64,000 nt of DNA from an uncultured Verrucomicrobiae bacterium (GCA_963762565.1 CAVXLD010000005.1:480001-544000); one strand, 5' to 3'. Shown: positions 53,337 through 64,000, numbered from the stretch's first letter. Notes: generated from the letters alone by a model not told the origin. A program made the numbers and translations.

Positions 53337-54804
53337 GTGTCAAGTCGTGTGGACTCCGTATCCCCTTTTCGCAAAAAGCTTCGCATCTATTTCATCGGCT
53401 TGACGGCCGCGCTTGCTGGTCTGCTATTCGGATTAGACGTTGGCGTCATTTCCGGGGCACTGCCTTTTTTGAAGAATGATTTTAAGCTGTCGATTGGAGC
53501 AGAAGGAGCTGTGGTTAGCGCCCTGCTGTGGGGAGCAGTGATTGGAACGCTGATGAGCGGAATGCTCTCGAACTACCTTGGGCGCCGTAAAACGATCCTT
53601 GATCAGCTGCAGTGGTCTTCGCCGTGGGTTCGATCCTCTGTTCAATTTCAGCTTCAGAGCATCTTGCTAATCGGCGCCCGCTTGTTTCTTGGTTTCGCCG
53701 TGGGCGTAGCGTCGTTCGAAGCGCCGCTCTATATCTCCGAAATTTCTCCGAAGAAGGTGCGCGGCTCACTTATTTCGATGTATCAGCTAATGATCACCAT
53801 CGGAATCCTGCTTGCGTTTCTAAGCAACACTTGGCTCGCGACCTATTTTACGTTTCAAGGAAAGACTGGCGGCCACTGGCGCCTTATGCTCGGTATAATT
53901 TCTATTCCGGCCGTGATAATGTTCGTGGGCGTACTCTTCCTGCCCGAAAGCCCGCGGTGGCTGTTCTTAAAAGGTTTCAAAGCTCGCGGCGTGGCTGTGT
54001 TAGAGGGAATGCATCTTGATGAGGCCGAGATCGCCGAGCAGGTCAAAGAAATCGAGGACAACTTGAAAGTTAAACAAGAGTGGATTTGAGATGTTCAAGA
54101 CCAATCCCAACTTCCGCCGCGTCATTGGCCTTGGGATTGGACTTCAGATTATCCAGCAGCTTACCGGCATCAATGTGGTGATGTATTTTGCGCCGACGAT
54201 TTTCAAGATTGCGGGATTCGCCACCACGAGTGGTGAAATGTGGGGAACGGTGATCATCGGAATAACCAACTTGCTTGCGACATTCATCGCGATTGGGTTT
54301 GTCGACAAACTGGGCCGGAAGCCGATCATGTACGCAGGTTTTGTTACCATGGGCGTCGCCATGATTGCTGTGGGAACGCTCTTCAACCTGGGGGTAGAAA
54401 AAAATCCCGAGCTTGGTTATTTCGCCATCGTTGCGTTGCTGGTCTTCATTATTGGTTTTGCAATGAGCGCCGGGCCAATCATCTGGGTGATCTGCTCGGA
54501 AATTTACCCACTTGAGGGCCGCGACCTCGGAGTGACCTTCAGCACCGCGACAAACTGGATTGCCAACGGCATCGTGGGTATGACGTTCCTCTTGCTCCTC
54601 GCCGGGTTCGGTAACGGCAATACATTTCTCCTCTATGGCGCGCTGAATATCCTGTTTATCATTTTCTTCGTGATCTTCGTTCCGGAGACGAAGGGTGTGT
54701 CGCTGGAGAAGATCGAAGCGAATCTTCTGTCGGGTCTACCGTTGAGGCAGATCGGGCGATCGGGGGCTGGCGTTGCCGGCTTGACTCAAAGATTATCCCA
54801 CTAG
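53337..54804 (+). pseudogene. Sugar porter MFS transporter (GalP-like), frameshifted
   Basis: GLLFGLDVGVISGA, PLYISE, PESPRWL, QQLTGINVVMY, PETKG. Frame break near 54085 and a short out-of-frame stretch near 53600-53660. Confidence 0.85.
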
Positions 54805-54920
54805 TCTCGGCATTGATTTTGGCGGCACCAGCATTTAGCGCCGCAAATTCTTTGGGGTGAGATAGCCCAAAGCGCTCTGCGGGCCCGCACTTCGTTTTAT
54901 TCGGCTTCGTCACGGTTCCC

Positions 54921-57335
54921 TTAGTTGGCGATCTTTTCGATTGGCGCCAATTTGAACCGGAGGTCATCCTCCTGCCCTCGGTTGATACTCGCGATTCGGG
55001 AGGTTGGGGAGTTGCTGACTGAGCGTGGGCCGTCGGCGGACCATGCTGGGGCTCCTGACCTTTTGGTTTCTCTAACGAGGACCGCTTCGGCTCGATTCAT
55101 CTCGGCCAGCGCGAACTGGAAAGCAAGGGTGGATTCGGCTCCTTGGTTTTGGTTAACCCGATCGGGATGCAAAGCGTCGCGACAGCCACCCGTGCTCGAA
55201 TCGTAGAGTGGCTGCCCGAGATCGTTGCGACCAAGAAACCACTCGAAGCAGCGGCGCGCCGCCCGGTGCCAAGTCGCATCCCGAGTCAGCGAGTACGCTT
55301 CCACGCAGGCGGCAATCATGGCGTGGGCTTCCAACGGTTGCTGATCGAAGCGGGCGCGTTCGTTGCCCCGGGTCCAGAAACCATTGCTGCCGATCGGCGC
55401 GAAATGGCCCGCGTTCGGCCTTTTGCTGCTCCACCAGCCAGCGGAGCGATCGCAATCCAATGTCGACGACGTCACCTCGGGAGGTCCAGTATCCACTGAG
55501 GATCATCGCCTGGGAAAGTTTCGCGTTATCGTAAGTCGCTACAGGCTCAAACCACACCCAATCATCCGAGGAATTATGTCGAAACAGCTCGACCAAGCGG
55601 TTGGTTAGAACTTCGCGCAATTGATTGGCACTTCGATCGCCGGAGAAGGCGCGCAGATATTCCTGAATGGCGAGTAGCGCAAACGCCCAGGCTCTCGGTG
55701 AACTGAAATTCTCGACTGTCGGGAGTCCGCGTTGGAACAAAAGTGCGCAAAGATTACGGTGTCCTTCGTTTTTGGAGCGGCCCAGCGCCGTGCCGGCAGC
55801 CCAAAGCGCGCGTGCGTGGCTGTCCTCCGAACCCTCGCGTTCCAGCCATTGCCGCTGATGGCTCATGAAATTTCGAAAACGGCAGCTTTCTTGATCAAAA
55901 GCGTGCCACAAGAACGCGAGGTAAATGCTCGCCAAGTGTTCGAATTGCTGCTGCGTGACACGACTCGTCGTTTCCTCCAGCAGCAAGGTCAGGATAAAAG
56001 CACGCGCGTTGTCGTCCGTGCAGTAGCCTTCTGCAAAGTTCGGCACGTTGAAGATCGCATGCTGAAAAATGCCGGTGTTATCGGTCATCCGAAGCAGGTG
56101 ATCCAGCTTCAGTGGCGGCAACTGGTAGGGGCGATTGTCCAGGGTTCGAACGGCGAACGCCTTTCGTGGAGGACACGCTCAAACTTGCCCGCGCGCGTTC
56201 GAAGCTTTCCATGTGGCGCTGGGCGACCACCGGCCAGATCATCCCACGTCCCAGTTTCCATGCTCTTTTGCGCGTCGCCGTCATCAGGACCGGATCGGAA
56301 AGAAATCGATTCACCCCCTCAGCGATCGCCTTGCGGATTCGCGAACGGCACCAGGATGCCGCGCTCGTTCGCCAGCAACTCCTTCGCATGCCAGTAGGGT
56401 GTGGAAATGACTGCTTTGCCAGCGCCGAAACGTGTAGGCCAGCGTGCCGGAAGTAATCTGGGATTCGTTGAGATAAGGCGTGATATAGATGTCGGCGGCG
56501 CCAATGAATTCTTTCAATTCCTCCAGCGTCACAAATCGATTGTAGAAGATGACGTTGCGGTGCCACAGCAACGATCCTCCGCGAGGCGCTCCAGCTTGAG
56601 CCGATAGGATCTCTCCGTCGCGCGCGATAAGATTCGGGTGGGTTGCGCCCAGAATGATATAAACCACATTCGGATGTTGCTGCGAGAATCGCCGGCAGCG
56701 CTTCAATGACATACTCGATTCCTTTGTTAGGCGAGAGCAGGCCAAACGTCAGCAGCACGGTTTTTCCCTCCACTCCAAACTGATCTTTGTTAAAATTGGA
56801 TCGATGAAGGGGATGTCCGGTATGCCATGCGGAATCACGTCAATCTTCTCTGGCGCGATGCCATAGATTTCCTCGAGGAAATCGTTTGCCTCGGTCGGCC
56901 ATCACAATGAAGCGGTTCGAGAGTTCATCGAGCTGCTTCATCACCGCCCGCTGATCCGGATTCGGCTCGCGCAGCACGGTGTGCAACGTCGTTACCACCG
57001 GCATATGGACGTCGCGCAAGAGAGCCAGAAGATGGCTGCCGGCAGGCCCGCCGTAGATGCCGAACTCGTGCTGGACCGAAACGACCTCGACGTTGTTGAT
57101 GTTCAGGAAGTCGGCCGCGCGGCGATAGGAATCGAGTTCCTTTTCGTCGATTTCAAATCGGATCCGAGCCGGATAGTCATAGCCTTCAGGTCGATCATTG
57201 ACCGCGCCCACGATGCACTCGGCATTGCGGGAATTCCGCCGCCATCGCTTCGCAGATATCGGAGGTGAAGGTGGCAATGCCGCACTGGCGCGGAAGATGA
57301 TCCCCGAGGAAGGCTATTTGTGTGATGGGCGGCAT
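54921..57335 (-). pseudogene. Second GT4 fusion gene copy with many frameshifts
   Basis: Colinear with 20004-22295 but split over at least 6 ORFs; start MPPITQIAFLGDHLP at 57335. Confidence 0.9.
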
Positions 57336-57593
57336 CGTTTAGTTAGGCGAACGGAGACGGATCCAGCGCAATTGTCATCGGGACCTCACAAATCCGGACA
57401 GTGAATGCCCATGGCCTCGAAGAGAGCGCGTGGGGCGATAGAACCAACCAGAAAAGCAGTGCATTTGTCATACGGCCTTCCCCGCGGTCATTCCTGCCAA
57501 AGTCACGCACGCGCGGTCGAGCTAGCGAATTCATCCCATAGGAGAGCACGAGTCCGGCAGTATGAGTTTTGCCCGGATCCGTTGGCTTCTCCA

Positions 57594-57630
57594 ATACGCT
57601 TACCGAAGTGTTACTGTCGCTTTTGCGTAT
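57594..57630 (-). promoter_or_regulatory. 37-bp box (ATAC-N29-GTAT) upstream of GT4 copy 2
   Basis: Reverse complement reads ATACgcaaaagCGACagtaacaCTTCggtaagcGTATtggagaa. Confidence 0.7.
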
Positions 57631-57669
57631 GGCGACTCCGGGGAAACGGGGCAGTATCCAAGTCTCCGA

Positions 57670-57830
57670 GTTCTGAGCTTTCTCTTGCCGTTATCAGATC
57701 CGTCGACTTTGCTCTTCGTGGTAAATGCTACACCGGTTCCTAAAACACACCTACTGGGTCCGATTACCTAGCGAGGGTTAGTACGAAGAGATCTTGAATA
57801 CTGATGCTGGAATCTACGGAGGTGGCGAGC
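57670..57830 (+). pseudogene. glgB (branching enzyme) C-terminal remnant
   Basis: VLSFL...LLFVVNATPVP, frameshift, then YWVRLPSEG*YEEILNTDAGIYGGG. Confidence 0.6.
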
Positions 57831-57944
57831 ATCGATCAAAGCTCCTCGAAAAGCGAGCGACGAAGCTCGGATGACGTTTTCCAATTCCCGCACTTTGGTT
57901 CCGGGGGTGCTGATAACATCCGCGGTTCCATTTAGTGGGTTGGG

Positions 57945-58214
57945 TTAGACTGTAACGGGCTTTGGGCTAGGGCTCCCGAGACACAGCTCATGGCCTAGAA
58001 AATGAAAATCTGGACCGTCGTTGTCGGGGTAAAGCTCCAGCCGGACCAGCACCCCAAGACGCCCGTTATCCACAAAGTAGGCGGTTACGGTTCCGGCTCC
58101 GACATCAGCCAAGGGCTGTACGCGCTCGCCGATATCTGGGACGGAGGACACGCCGGACCAACGAGCTTCTTTACGAAGCTTTGCGGGATCAGGCAGAAAC
58201 CGAAAATATTGCAT
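57945..58214 (-). CDS. Hypothetical protein (leading-region gene)
   Basis: Downstream of DUF932 on the same strand, GGAG RBS. Confidence 0.5.
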   Translation of the reverse strand: MQYFRFLPDPAKLRKEARWSGVSSVPDIGERVQPLADVGAGTVTAYFVDNGRLGVLVRLELYPDNDGPDFHFLGHELCLGSPSPKPVTV

Positions 58215-58275
58215 AGCGATTTTGGCTCCAAGGTTTCGGGGGAGGGTTTGATCCGCTCCCCCGTTGGATGAATTT

Positions 58276-59130
58276 TTATTGTGCTCCGCGGTTTCGAAGT
58301 ACCTCGGCCATTTCCCAGAGGGCCTTGTTGAGTTTCATATCCTCATCGATGCCCTTGATTGCCCTGCTCTTGGGCATCCGGCTACCGTCCGGGCGGCGGC
58401 GGGAACGGTCACGCTGACCACCGCGAATGATGTTTTCTTGGACGCAGTTCAACGTGGTCCAAAGATCTTTGGCTCCGTCTCCATAACGTCTTGGATTAAG
58501 GAGCATGGAGGGACTTACCGGGGCTTTCGTGAGGTCTTCCCAGCGATAAGCCGCCGCGCCAGTGGCGAGAGCTAGCTGTTCGGCATCGGTCAAAATGCGA
58601 TCTTGAAAGAGCTGCACTTTGTTCATGATGTCAGGGACAGCAGTGAGGACTTTGAAAGAAGCCTCGATAACGGAGTCGGGATTGAACCCGGAATGTTTGA
58701 TTGAGATCCGCTGGAAGGTGCCATCGGAAACGACCATGCCGTTGGTGCACACCAACCGAAACAGACCGCAATGAAGCTGGTAAGCGCTGCTTTTATCGTG
58801 ACTGTTCACCAGAACGACCTCGGGCCGGACTTGGTTCTTTTCCCAGGTCTGGAGATGCTCAACCCGAGCAAACCGGACAACGTGTTTCTGGAAGCCGCGC
58901 CGTGCTTCAGTTCGAATGCTCTGCTCTTGTGCGCGTACGGGAACCCAACCATTTTCGCGCATCCCGTTGAGAATGGAGGAAGTAGGAAGAAAACTGTACC
59001 TTTCCGAAACGCCTTCGATTGGTTGGGAAGCGAAAACACTGGGAGCAAAACGGCGCATTTCATCATCAGAAATTGCTACCGTTCCAGGGACTGTTGATCT
59101 GGTGGAGTTATTGTTTAGTGCGGTACTCAT
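58276..59130 (-). CDS. DUF932 family protein (plasmid/ICE leading region)
   Basis: APSVFA...S.RY.F.PT, F.KH..RF, NSHD.SSAYQL..GLFRLVCTNG, DLW.T.N..QEN.I.GG, LNKALW. Confidence 0.9.
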   Translation of the reverse strand: MSTALNNNSTRSTVPGTVAISDDEMRRFAPSVFASQPIEGVSERYSFLPTSSILNGMRENGWVPVRAQEQSIRTEARRGFQKHVVRFARVEHLQTWEKNQVRPEVVLVNSHDKSSAYQLHCGLFRLVCTNGMVVSDGTFQRISIKHSGFNPDSVIEASFKVLTAVPDIMNKVQLFQDRILTDAEQLALATGAAAYRWEDLTKAPVSPSMLLNPRRYGDGAKDLWTTLNCVQENIIRGGQRDRSRRRPDGSRMPKSRAIKGIDEDMKLNKALWEMAEVLRNRGAQ

Positions 59131-59686
59131 GTTAGTCGATTTGGTTAGTTGGTTCTGTGAGCCGCAGCAGAGAGGCGAGGCTTTGGGAGCTGCCGGAGTT
59201 TTTTCGACGTTCGGTTTCGGTCGAAAAAGTATGCTGGGCATATTTTTCGAACCGAAAGCGAAGCGCTAGCAGAGCGACCCGCGGAAGAAGGCCTGGAAGG
59301 GCAAGAGCCGCGAGGAACGAGACGGGTTGAGGATTTAAATAGAGGGGACCCCCGAGGCTTGGCGAGAGAGTGGGCGCCGGCTGTTTAAGCCGCAGACGGT
59401 ACTCTTGCGCTGGAGAGGCCTCCGCGGGGGCGGAAGCAGATCTGGCGATGGCCAGACACTTGGTACAGGAGTGGTTTTAGGCGAACCTGGGTGCGCCTAG
59501 GAGAAAGAGGAAGGAGAGACCGCTTTGGGGCTCGACGGGGAGAAAGACTTTTCTCCCGAAACAACTGAAACGTGGAGCACCAAGGTCGAGCAGGTTGGTT
59601 ACGGCTCAATGGAGGACGACAAATCACTCGTCTGCAAAGCCAAGAAGATGGCGACGGAACGAGCATGTAAGCCTCATACACGCTCA

Positions 59687-60322
59687 TCAATGTCCGTGAG
59701 GTGAGGTAGTGGAAGGCACCCATTGCGGATCTTCAGCGACAGCGTGGGAGGACTTGGAGCGCGGTAAAGATAGGGCGAAGACAACCGGGAGAACCATCGC
59801 GGCCGCAACTAAGAGCCAGGCTTTGGCGTTAACCTTTGGATGCTTAATCCAGTGAACCGGAAAACTGGACTCTGCCAACGCGGCCGTGGTCATGCTCCCC
59901 CCATTTAACTTGAGGATATTCCAGGTAACGCTCTGAGCACCCGAAAGATTTAGCGTTCTGTCGTCCAGGAGCTGCCACCGGGCACTTGTGCGAAGCTTCT
60001 GCTCAGAATCAGCAGCTGTTTCTTTAGTTTGAATCTCAGCATTGCCATCGGGATCCAGACGCAGAGTTGTCTGGAGTCGGACACCGTTAAGCGTTACGTG
60101 CGACGTCCATTTCCCCGGTAGAGTTTTGTGCGGGTCACGTTTGCGGACGACAAAAACGAACGCGGGGATTACGATTGCTATCAGTCCGTAGGTGATGAAA
60201 TCCCAAGGCGTAAACGGAATCGCGCTTAGCTCTTTGGGGTCGTTGATTGCTTCCAACGTCACGCCGAAGACGAACAGGCTCGTTAGACCGAGGCCTGAAA
60301 GCGCCAAGCATCCATGCTTCAT
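59687..60322 (-). CDS. Hypothetical membrane protein
   Basis: Two N-terminal TMs, a beta-rich middle and a C-terminal TM. Confidence 0.6.
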   Translation of the reverse strand: MKHGCLALSGLGLTSLFVFGVTLEAINDPKELSAIPFTPWDFITYGLIAIVIPAFVFVVRKRDPHKTLPGKWTSHVTLNGVRLQTTLRLDPDGNAEIQTKETAADSEQKLRTSARWQLLDDRTLNLSGAQSVTWNILKLNGGSMTTAALAESSFPVHWIKHPKVNAKAWLLVAAAMVLPVVFALSLPRSKSSHAVAEDPQWVPSTTSPHGH

Positions 60323-60337
60323 TGAGAGTGCATGATA

Positions 60338-60871
60338 TCAGACATCGCTCGTGACGGCGATGGTTTTTCTGGCGTGCTGCTCTGTTACCTGTGTTGAACC
60401 CTTAAGATACGGACGAATCTTGCTGATGACGTCATCACCAGCCTCAAAAGCTGCTTTGACTGTCTCGCGGATCTGGATTCTTCGAGATGCAGGCAAATCG
60501 AGCGATTTAGCCACCTGCTCCGCCGCCGCCTCAGCGGTAATTTTTTTGCCAGCCACGCCGGCGCGAAGGAGTTCGATAGCTGCCTCGGGCGGAGTAGCGG
60601 TTCCGCCCAAGACTGCTACGTGCGCCTTAGGGTACGCTTCGTCCTGACCGTAATGCCGGTAAGGGCCGATCTCTCGCTTTGCAACTTCGATATATGAGCG
60701 CAAATCCGTAAGTGTCTTGTCCAGAGCGCGCAGATTTTCCCAACGCTCTTCGTTAACCCGGACTTGCTTTTGGCTCTGCTCCTGCAATTTCCGTGCGAGC
60801 CTGATCAACGAGTCGGCAAGCTCGGCGCTTTGTTTAATTAGTCTTTCGATCTCTTGTATTTCCTCGGTCAT
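60338..60871 (-). CDS. Hypothetical coiled-coil protein
   Basis: Heptad-rich N-terminus; same-strand run with the coupling-protein gene. Confidence 0.6.
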   Translation of the reverse strand: MTEEIQEIERLIKQSAELADSLIRLARKLQEQSQKQVRVNEERWENLRALDKTLTDLRSYIEVAKREIGPYRHYGQDEAYPKAHVAVLGGTATPPEAAIELLRAGVAGKKITAEAAAEQVAKSLDLPASRRIQIRETVKAAFEAGDDVISKIRPYLKGSTQVTEQHARKTIAVTSDV

Positions 60872-60912
60872 AAGGTTTGTATTTTGCGATTGTCTTCAGT
60901 CAATTGGGCTTT

Positions 60913-62487
60913 CTATTGCTCTCGCGGTCTACGGATCTCGGCTCCAGTCAGCATCTTCAGGTAGGTGCGCTTGAACTGACCTGGTCGGCCGGCATGAACA
61001 AGAACAGCCCGATAAAGCGGCATTTCCCGGAGTCGGAACGGGTGGCACTTATAGTCTTCGGTGTCTTGATAGGAATATGTGACGCCTCGACTTCCAACCG
61101 AGCGGCTGCGTTTCTTTACGATTTTCTTTCCAATGAAAGCGGCGCTCTGTTTCGCGCACTCTTCGTCTGCAGCCCGAAAGATCATCCGGTTGCGTAAGTT
61201 GAGAACAAGGACATTGGCTTGGTCTTTGTTGGCGTGCGGCGGTAACAGAGAAACATAGCTCTGAGTCAGCACAATTAGGGCGACTTTGGCTTCGCGGATT
61301 TTACCTGAGACGGAGTAGTCGCTCATGCCGCCGACAGATGATGTGACCACGTCCTGGAATTCTTCGCCGACCAGGACCAGGAGATTCTTTTTCCAAAAGG
61401 CGAGCGGATCGCACGCTTTGAGATCGAGGCGACGCAGGCCATGCTGATAGAAGAGCAACTTCAGGATCGAGAAAACGTATTTGCGCTCGTGTGCGTACTC
61501 TTCGCTGATTGAAAGGCAGATCTTCTTGCCTTGGTCGACCTGATCGATGGAGATAGTATCGGGCTCCTCTGAACAGAACACTTCGGCAACAGCCGGCTGC
61601 TGATACGGAGCCAGGAAATTGCCGATCGTTCCGAGCTCACCTTCGCTCTGGCCTTCACTTTTGAGATTCAAGTAGAATGTCTCGAAGTGTTGGACCAGCG
61701 GTAAGAGTTCCTGCGCCCGCGGATGCTCAGCGACAGTATCCAACGTGTTCTTTAGGTGGTCCTTGTTGGCCAGGAGATTATACGCGGTACGCAGATTGAA
61801 CGGAAGCTCCAGAGCGCGCATCAGCTCTAGGCAACGGGCGATATGTTCCATGGCGCGCTGATTGAAAAAATCGGAGTTGCCAGCGGCGCTGCCTGCTCGG
61901 TGAGCGGCGTGGGTATCCACAATCATTTGCGCGTAAGTGCTGCAGGGGACGCGTGGATTACCGATAAGATTGAACCGTGCCGGGGGATAATCCTGGAGCC
62001 GTTCTTCCGGAGACCTGATCCGCAGGACGGCGAGTTCGTCGGGCCGGCCGGCCGCGTTCATCATGATCTGCACAGTGCGCCAGTAGACGCCCTTGGGATC
62101 AAGGATGAGCGCTCCCCATTGCGGATAATGTTCAGTGAGTGAGATTAACAGCCTGTTGAGGCCCGAACTCGTCTTGCCGGCGCCGGTGTCGCCGGTGATC
62201 AGCCAATGCGTACAAAACTCTTCGATGTCCCATTTCCAGGGTCCGATCTGACAGACGATCTGGTGAGAGTCGTAGATGATGGGAGACTTCCTGCTGTCGC
62301 CGTCTCTCACGATGCGTCTCGGACGCCTGGCACGGGAATTGGGCGAAATATCAACAAGCAGGACAGCCCCAGTAATCGCCAGGACGAAAATGCCAGCATC
62401 GTAGTAGTAGGGCAGACTTGAATTAGAAGTGTACCAAAGACCGGCCGCTGCGGCGACGGCCAGCGAAATGAGAGCAACTAATCGCAT
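60913..62487 (-). CDS. Type IV coupling-protein-like (VirD4/TraD/TraG) ATPase
   Basis: Two N-terminal TMs, Walker A ITGDTGAGKT, ILDPKG, Walker-B-like VGEEFQ, IVLTQS; TGATG coupling to the upstream gene. Confidence 0.8.
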   Translation of the reverse strand: MRLVALISLAVAAAAGLWYTSNSSLPYYYDAGIFVLAITGAVLLVDISPNSRARRPRRIVRDGDSRKSPIIYDSHQIVCQIGPWKWDIEEFCTHWLITGDTGAGKTSSGLNRLLISLTEHYPQWGALILDPKGVYWRTVQIMMNAAGRPDELAVLRIRSPEERLQDYPPARFNLIGNPRVPCSTYAQMIVDTHAAHRAGSAAGNSDFFNQRAMEHIARCLELMRALELPFNLRTAYNLLANKDHLKNTLDTVAEHPRAQELLPLVQHFETFYLNLKSEGQSEGELGTIGNFLAPYQQPAVAEVFCSEEPDTISIDQVDQGKKICLSISEEYAHERKYVFSILKLLFYQHGLRRLDLKACDPLAFWKKNLLVLVGEEFQDVVTSSVGGMSDYSVSGKIREAKVALIVLTQSYVSLLPPHANKDQANVLVLNLRNRMIFRAADEECAKQSAAFIGKKIVKKRSRSVGSRGVTYSYQDTEDYKCHPFRLREMPLYRAVLVHAGRPGQFKRTYLKMLTGAEIRRPREQ

Positions 62488-63104
62488 CACTGGAGCACGT
62501 TGATAGAGTACTTGCCATCGGTGCACCGAGGATAATAAAGGGACACGCCGTTGGTCCCCTGCAAGCGTAGTACGGTGTCGCCAGACAGGTTGTCTCGTTC
62601 GACAGAGACACGGATGCCAGTATCAAGGAATGCCTTCAGGTTCTCGAGGTGCTCTCTGATGTAATCAGGCTGCAAGCGAGCGATGGCGTCCTTGGTTCTG
62701 GCTGCGACATGTTCGTAAATAGTCTTCTGGATAGCGTGATGATCATTCCAGACAAAACAGGCTCCGCCGGCAAAACAGAGGATGCCGAGTCCAACAATAA
62801 CGAGTAGATGACGAGGCCGGGTCTTTATCAGGCGTTGGTTAACATTAAAGGCGCGCAGTGCACTGAGATGTTCCGCGTGTAACGCCTTCAGCTCAGCTGC
62901 GAGTTGAGCCTGAGCGTGCTCGACGGCATCACTAACGCGTTTGGGAAGTTGTTCCGTATAGAGACTCAAGAATCCCATCGCTTCGACGATCCGCAGAAGC
63001 TCTGGGTTATGATCACCGTATTCTTTCAGTTGCCTCGATAGGCGCAGGAAGTCTTCTTTACGCTCCTGCGGTACCAGTTGTTCAAGCTGGTCGTAAATGT
63101 CCAT
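62487..63104 (-). CDS. Hypothetical single-TM mobilisation-associated protein
   Basis: Lies between the ParA-like and coupling-protein genes, tightly spaced. Confidence 0.6.
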   Translation of the reverse strand: MDIYDQLEQLVPQERKEDFLRLSRQLKEYGDHNPELLRIVEAMGFLSLYTEQLPKRVSDAVEHAQAQLAAELKALHAEHLSALRAFNVNQRLIKTRPRHLLVIVGLGILCFAGGACFVWNDHHAIQKTIYEHVAARTKDAIARLQPDYIREHLENLKAFLDTGIRVSVERDNLSGDTVLRLQGTNGVSLYYPRCTDGKYSINVLQ

Positions 63105-63106
63105 CG

Positions 63107-63850
63107 TTATGCCACGGCGGCTTCGGTCTGGTCCGATGGCAATAGAATGTGAGACACCGATTCGAAGGCGTCATAGGCTTCCTGTTGATAACGCCGACCT
63201 TGAACAATGCGGGTCAGCGAATGAAACCAATCGACCGAGTGGCGCCGGTTGATCACCTTTTCAAGCGTCAGGTGGTTCGCTCTGAGCATATCCTCGAAGT
63301 CAGGGTTACGGTTTTGCAGGGCGATAATTGCCGGTGCTGTCCGTGTGACAAATTCCTGTACCTCGGGTGCCGTGCACCAGGCGTCGAAACCTGAGCCGCG
63401 CACGAGCTCGTTTAGAACAATCAGATAGCGAACTCGGCTGCCAAGGTGGTACGCCCAGCTCAGCACCGATGCTACTGAGCCTGGATCTTTAGTCACGATG
63501 CCGATCGAAGTCACATCGGCGAACTCGCCAACGATTTGCGCTGTTCGATCAAACCAGGAAAACGTCTCCGCGCCCGAGCCTGCTCCCTGGTCAGCAATTA
63601 CGATCGTACCGGGCGTTTCAAGGAAATGGAAAACCCTGTCCAGAGAGTCAGGGGCGCGGATGTCGATCTTTTGCGCTTCGGGATAAAAGCTCTGGAAACT
63701 GGACTTCTCCCGATTCTCACTGTCGAAGTCGAGCAGCACGGGATCGAATCCCTTGGTCCTTATCCAGCCGGTGAGAGCGGCGATAACAGTGGTCTTCCCA
63801 ACGCCTCCTTTACCGCCTTGAGTGAATAGTATCTGTGATCGTTGTGTCAT
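63107..63850 (-). CDS. ParA/MinD-type ATPase (TraL/MobD-like)
   Basis: Deviant Walker A GGKGGVGKT, LLDFDSEN, IADQGAG. Confidence 0.78.
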   Translation of the reverse strand: MTQRSQILFTQGGKGGVGKTTVIAALTGWIRTKGFDPVLLDFDSENREKSSFQSFYPEAQKIDIRAPDSLDRVFHFLETPGTIVIADQGAGSGAETFSWFDRTAQIVGEFADVTSIGIVTKDPGSVASVLSWAYHLGSRVRYLIVLNELVRGSGFDAWCTAPEVQEFVTRTAPAIIALQNRNPDFEDMLRANHLTLEKVINRRHSVDWFHSLTRIVQGRRYQQEAYDAFESVSHILLPSDQTEAAVA

Positions 63851-64000
63851 TAGAACTCCTTTGGTGTGTAGTTGATCCCCTTCTCTGGGGTCCAGGTCGT
63901 GAAGATTGGGTCGTGCTTACGCTGTTTGATTGGCATTACAGAAATTGGTTGGTCGTCGGGTTTCGGGTTGTTCAGGCGAGACTTTCGTGGCGGTGTGAGT

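Noticed and set aside
55440..57260. Programmed frameshifting in GT4 copy 2
   Set aside because: Too many scattered indels and no slippery-site/hairpin pattern; error or decay is simpler.
57840..57935. Sigma-54 activator fragment (PGTKVRELENVIRA on the minus strand)
   Set aside because: The match is too short to call.

Overview
About 55% GC bacterial DNA. GroEL and SufB N-termini suggest a soil Verrucomicrobium (inference, not searched). The window is mostly accessory DNA. The left end has a 3' tRNA-Lys(CTT) fragment (att-like), a RAYT/HUH transposase with GGGGTC-type inverted ends plus remnants, a carbamoyltransferase/SxtJ/SxtK/SGNH cassette and many gene fragments. The middle (about 13-58 kb) is a mosaic stress/micro-oxic island. 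It carries a desaturase, GT4 and GH130 genes, an orphan sufB, mgtA, groESL, leuCD, an AI-2E transporter, a LysR regulator, and a long PRC-barrel/SPFH/ackA/xfp/manA/PMM-like/GH130/H+-ATPase/ppk2/phosphatase/sugar-porter run. The right end is a conjugative-element backbone (DUF932, coupling-protein-like ATPase, ParA/TraL-like ATPase). The strongest unexplained signal is a 37-bp oriented intergenic box (ATAC-N7-CAAC-N7-CTTC-N7-GTAT) found about 15 times, almost always upstream of co-oriented genes, which suggests an undescribed LysR regulon. The second is a duplicated ~80-nt leader that looks like a pseudoknotted RNA. All calls come from reading the sequence and recalling motifs; no searches were run.
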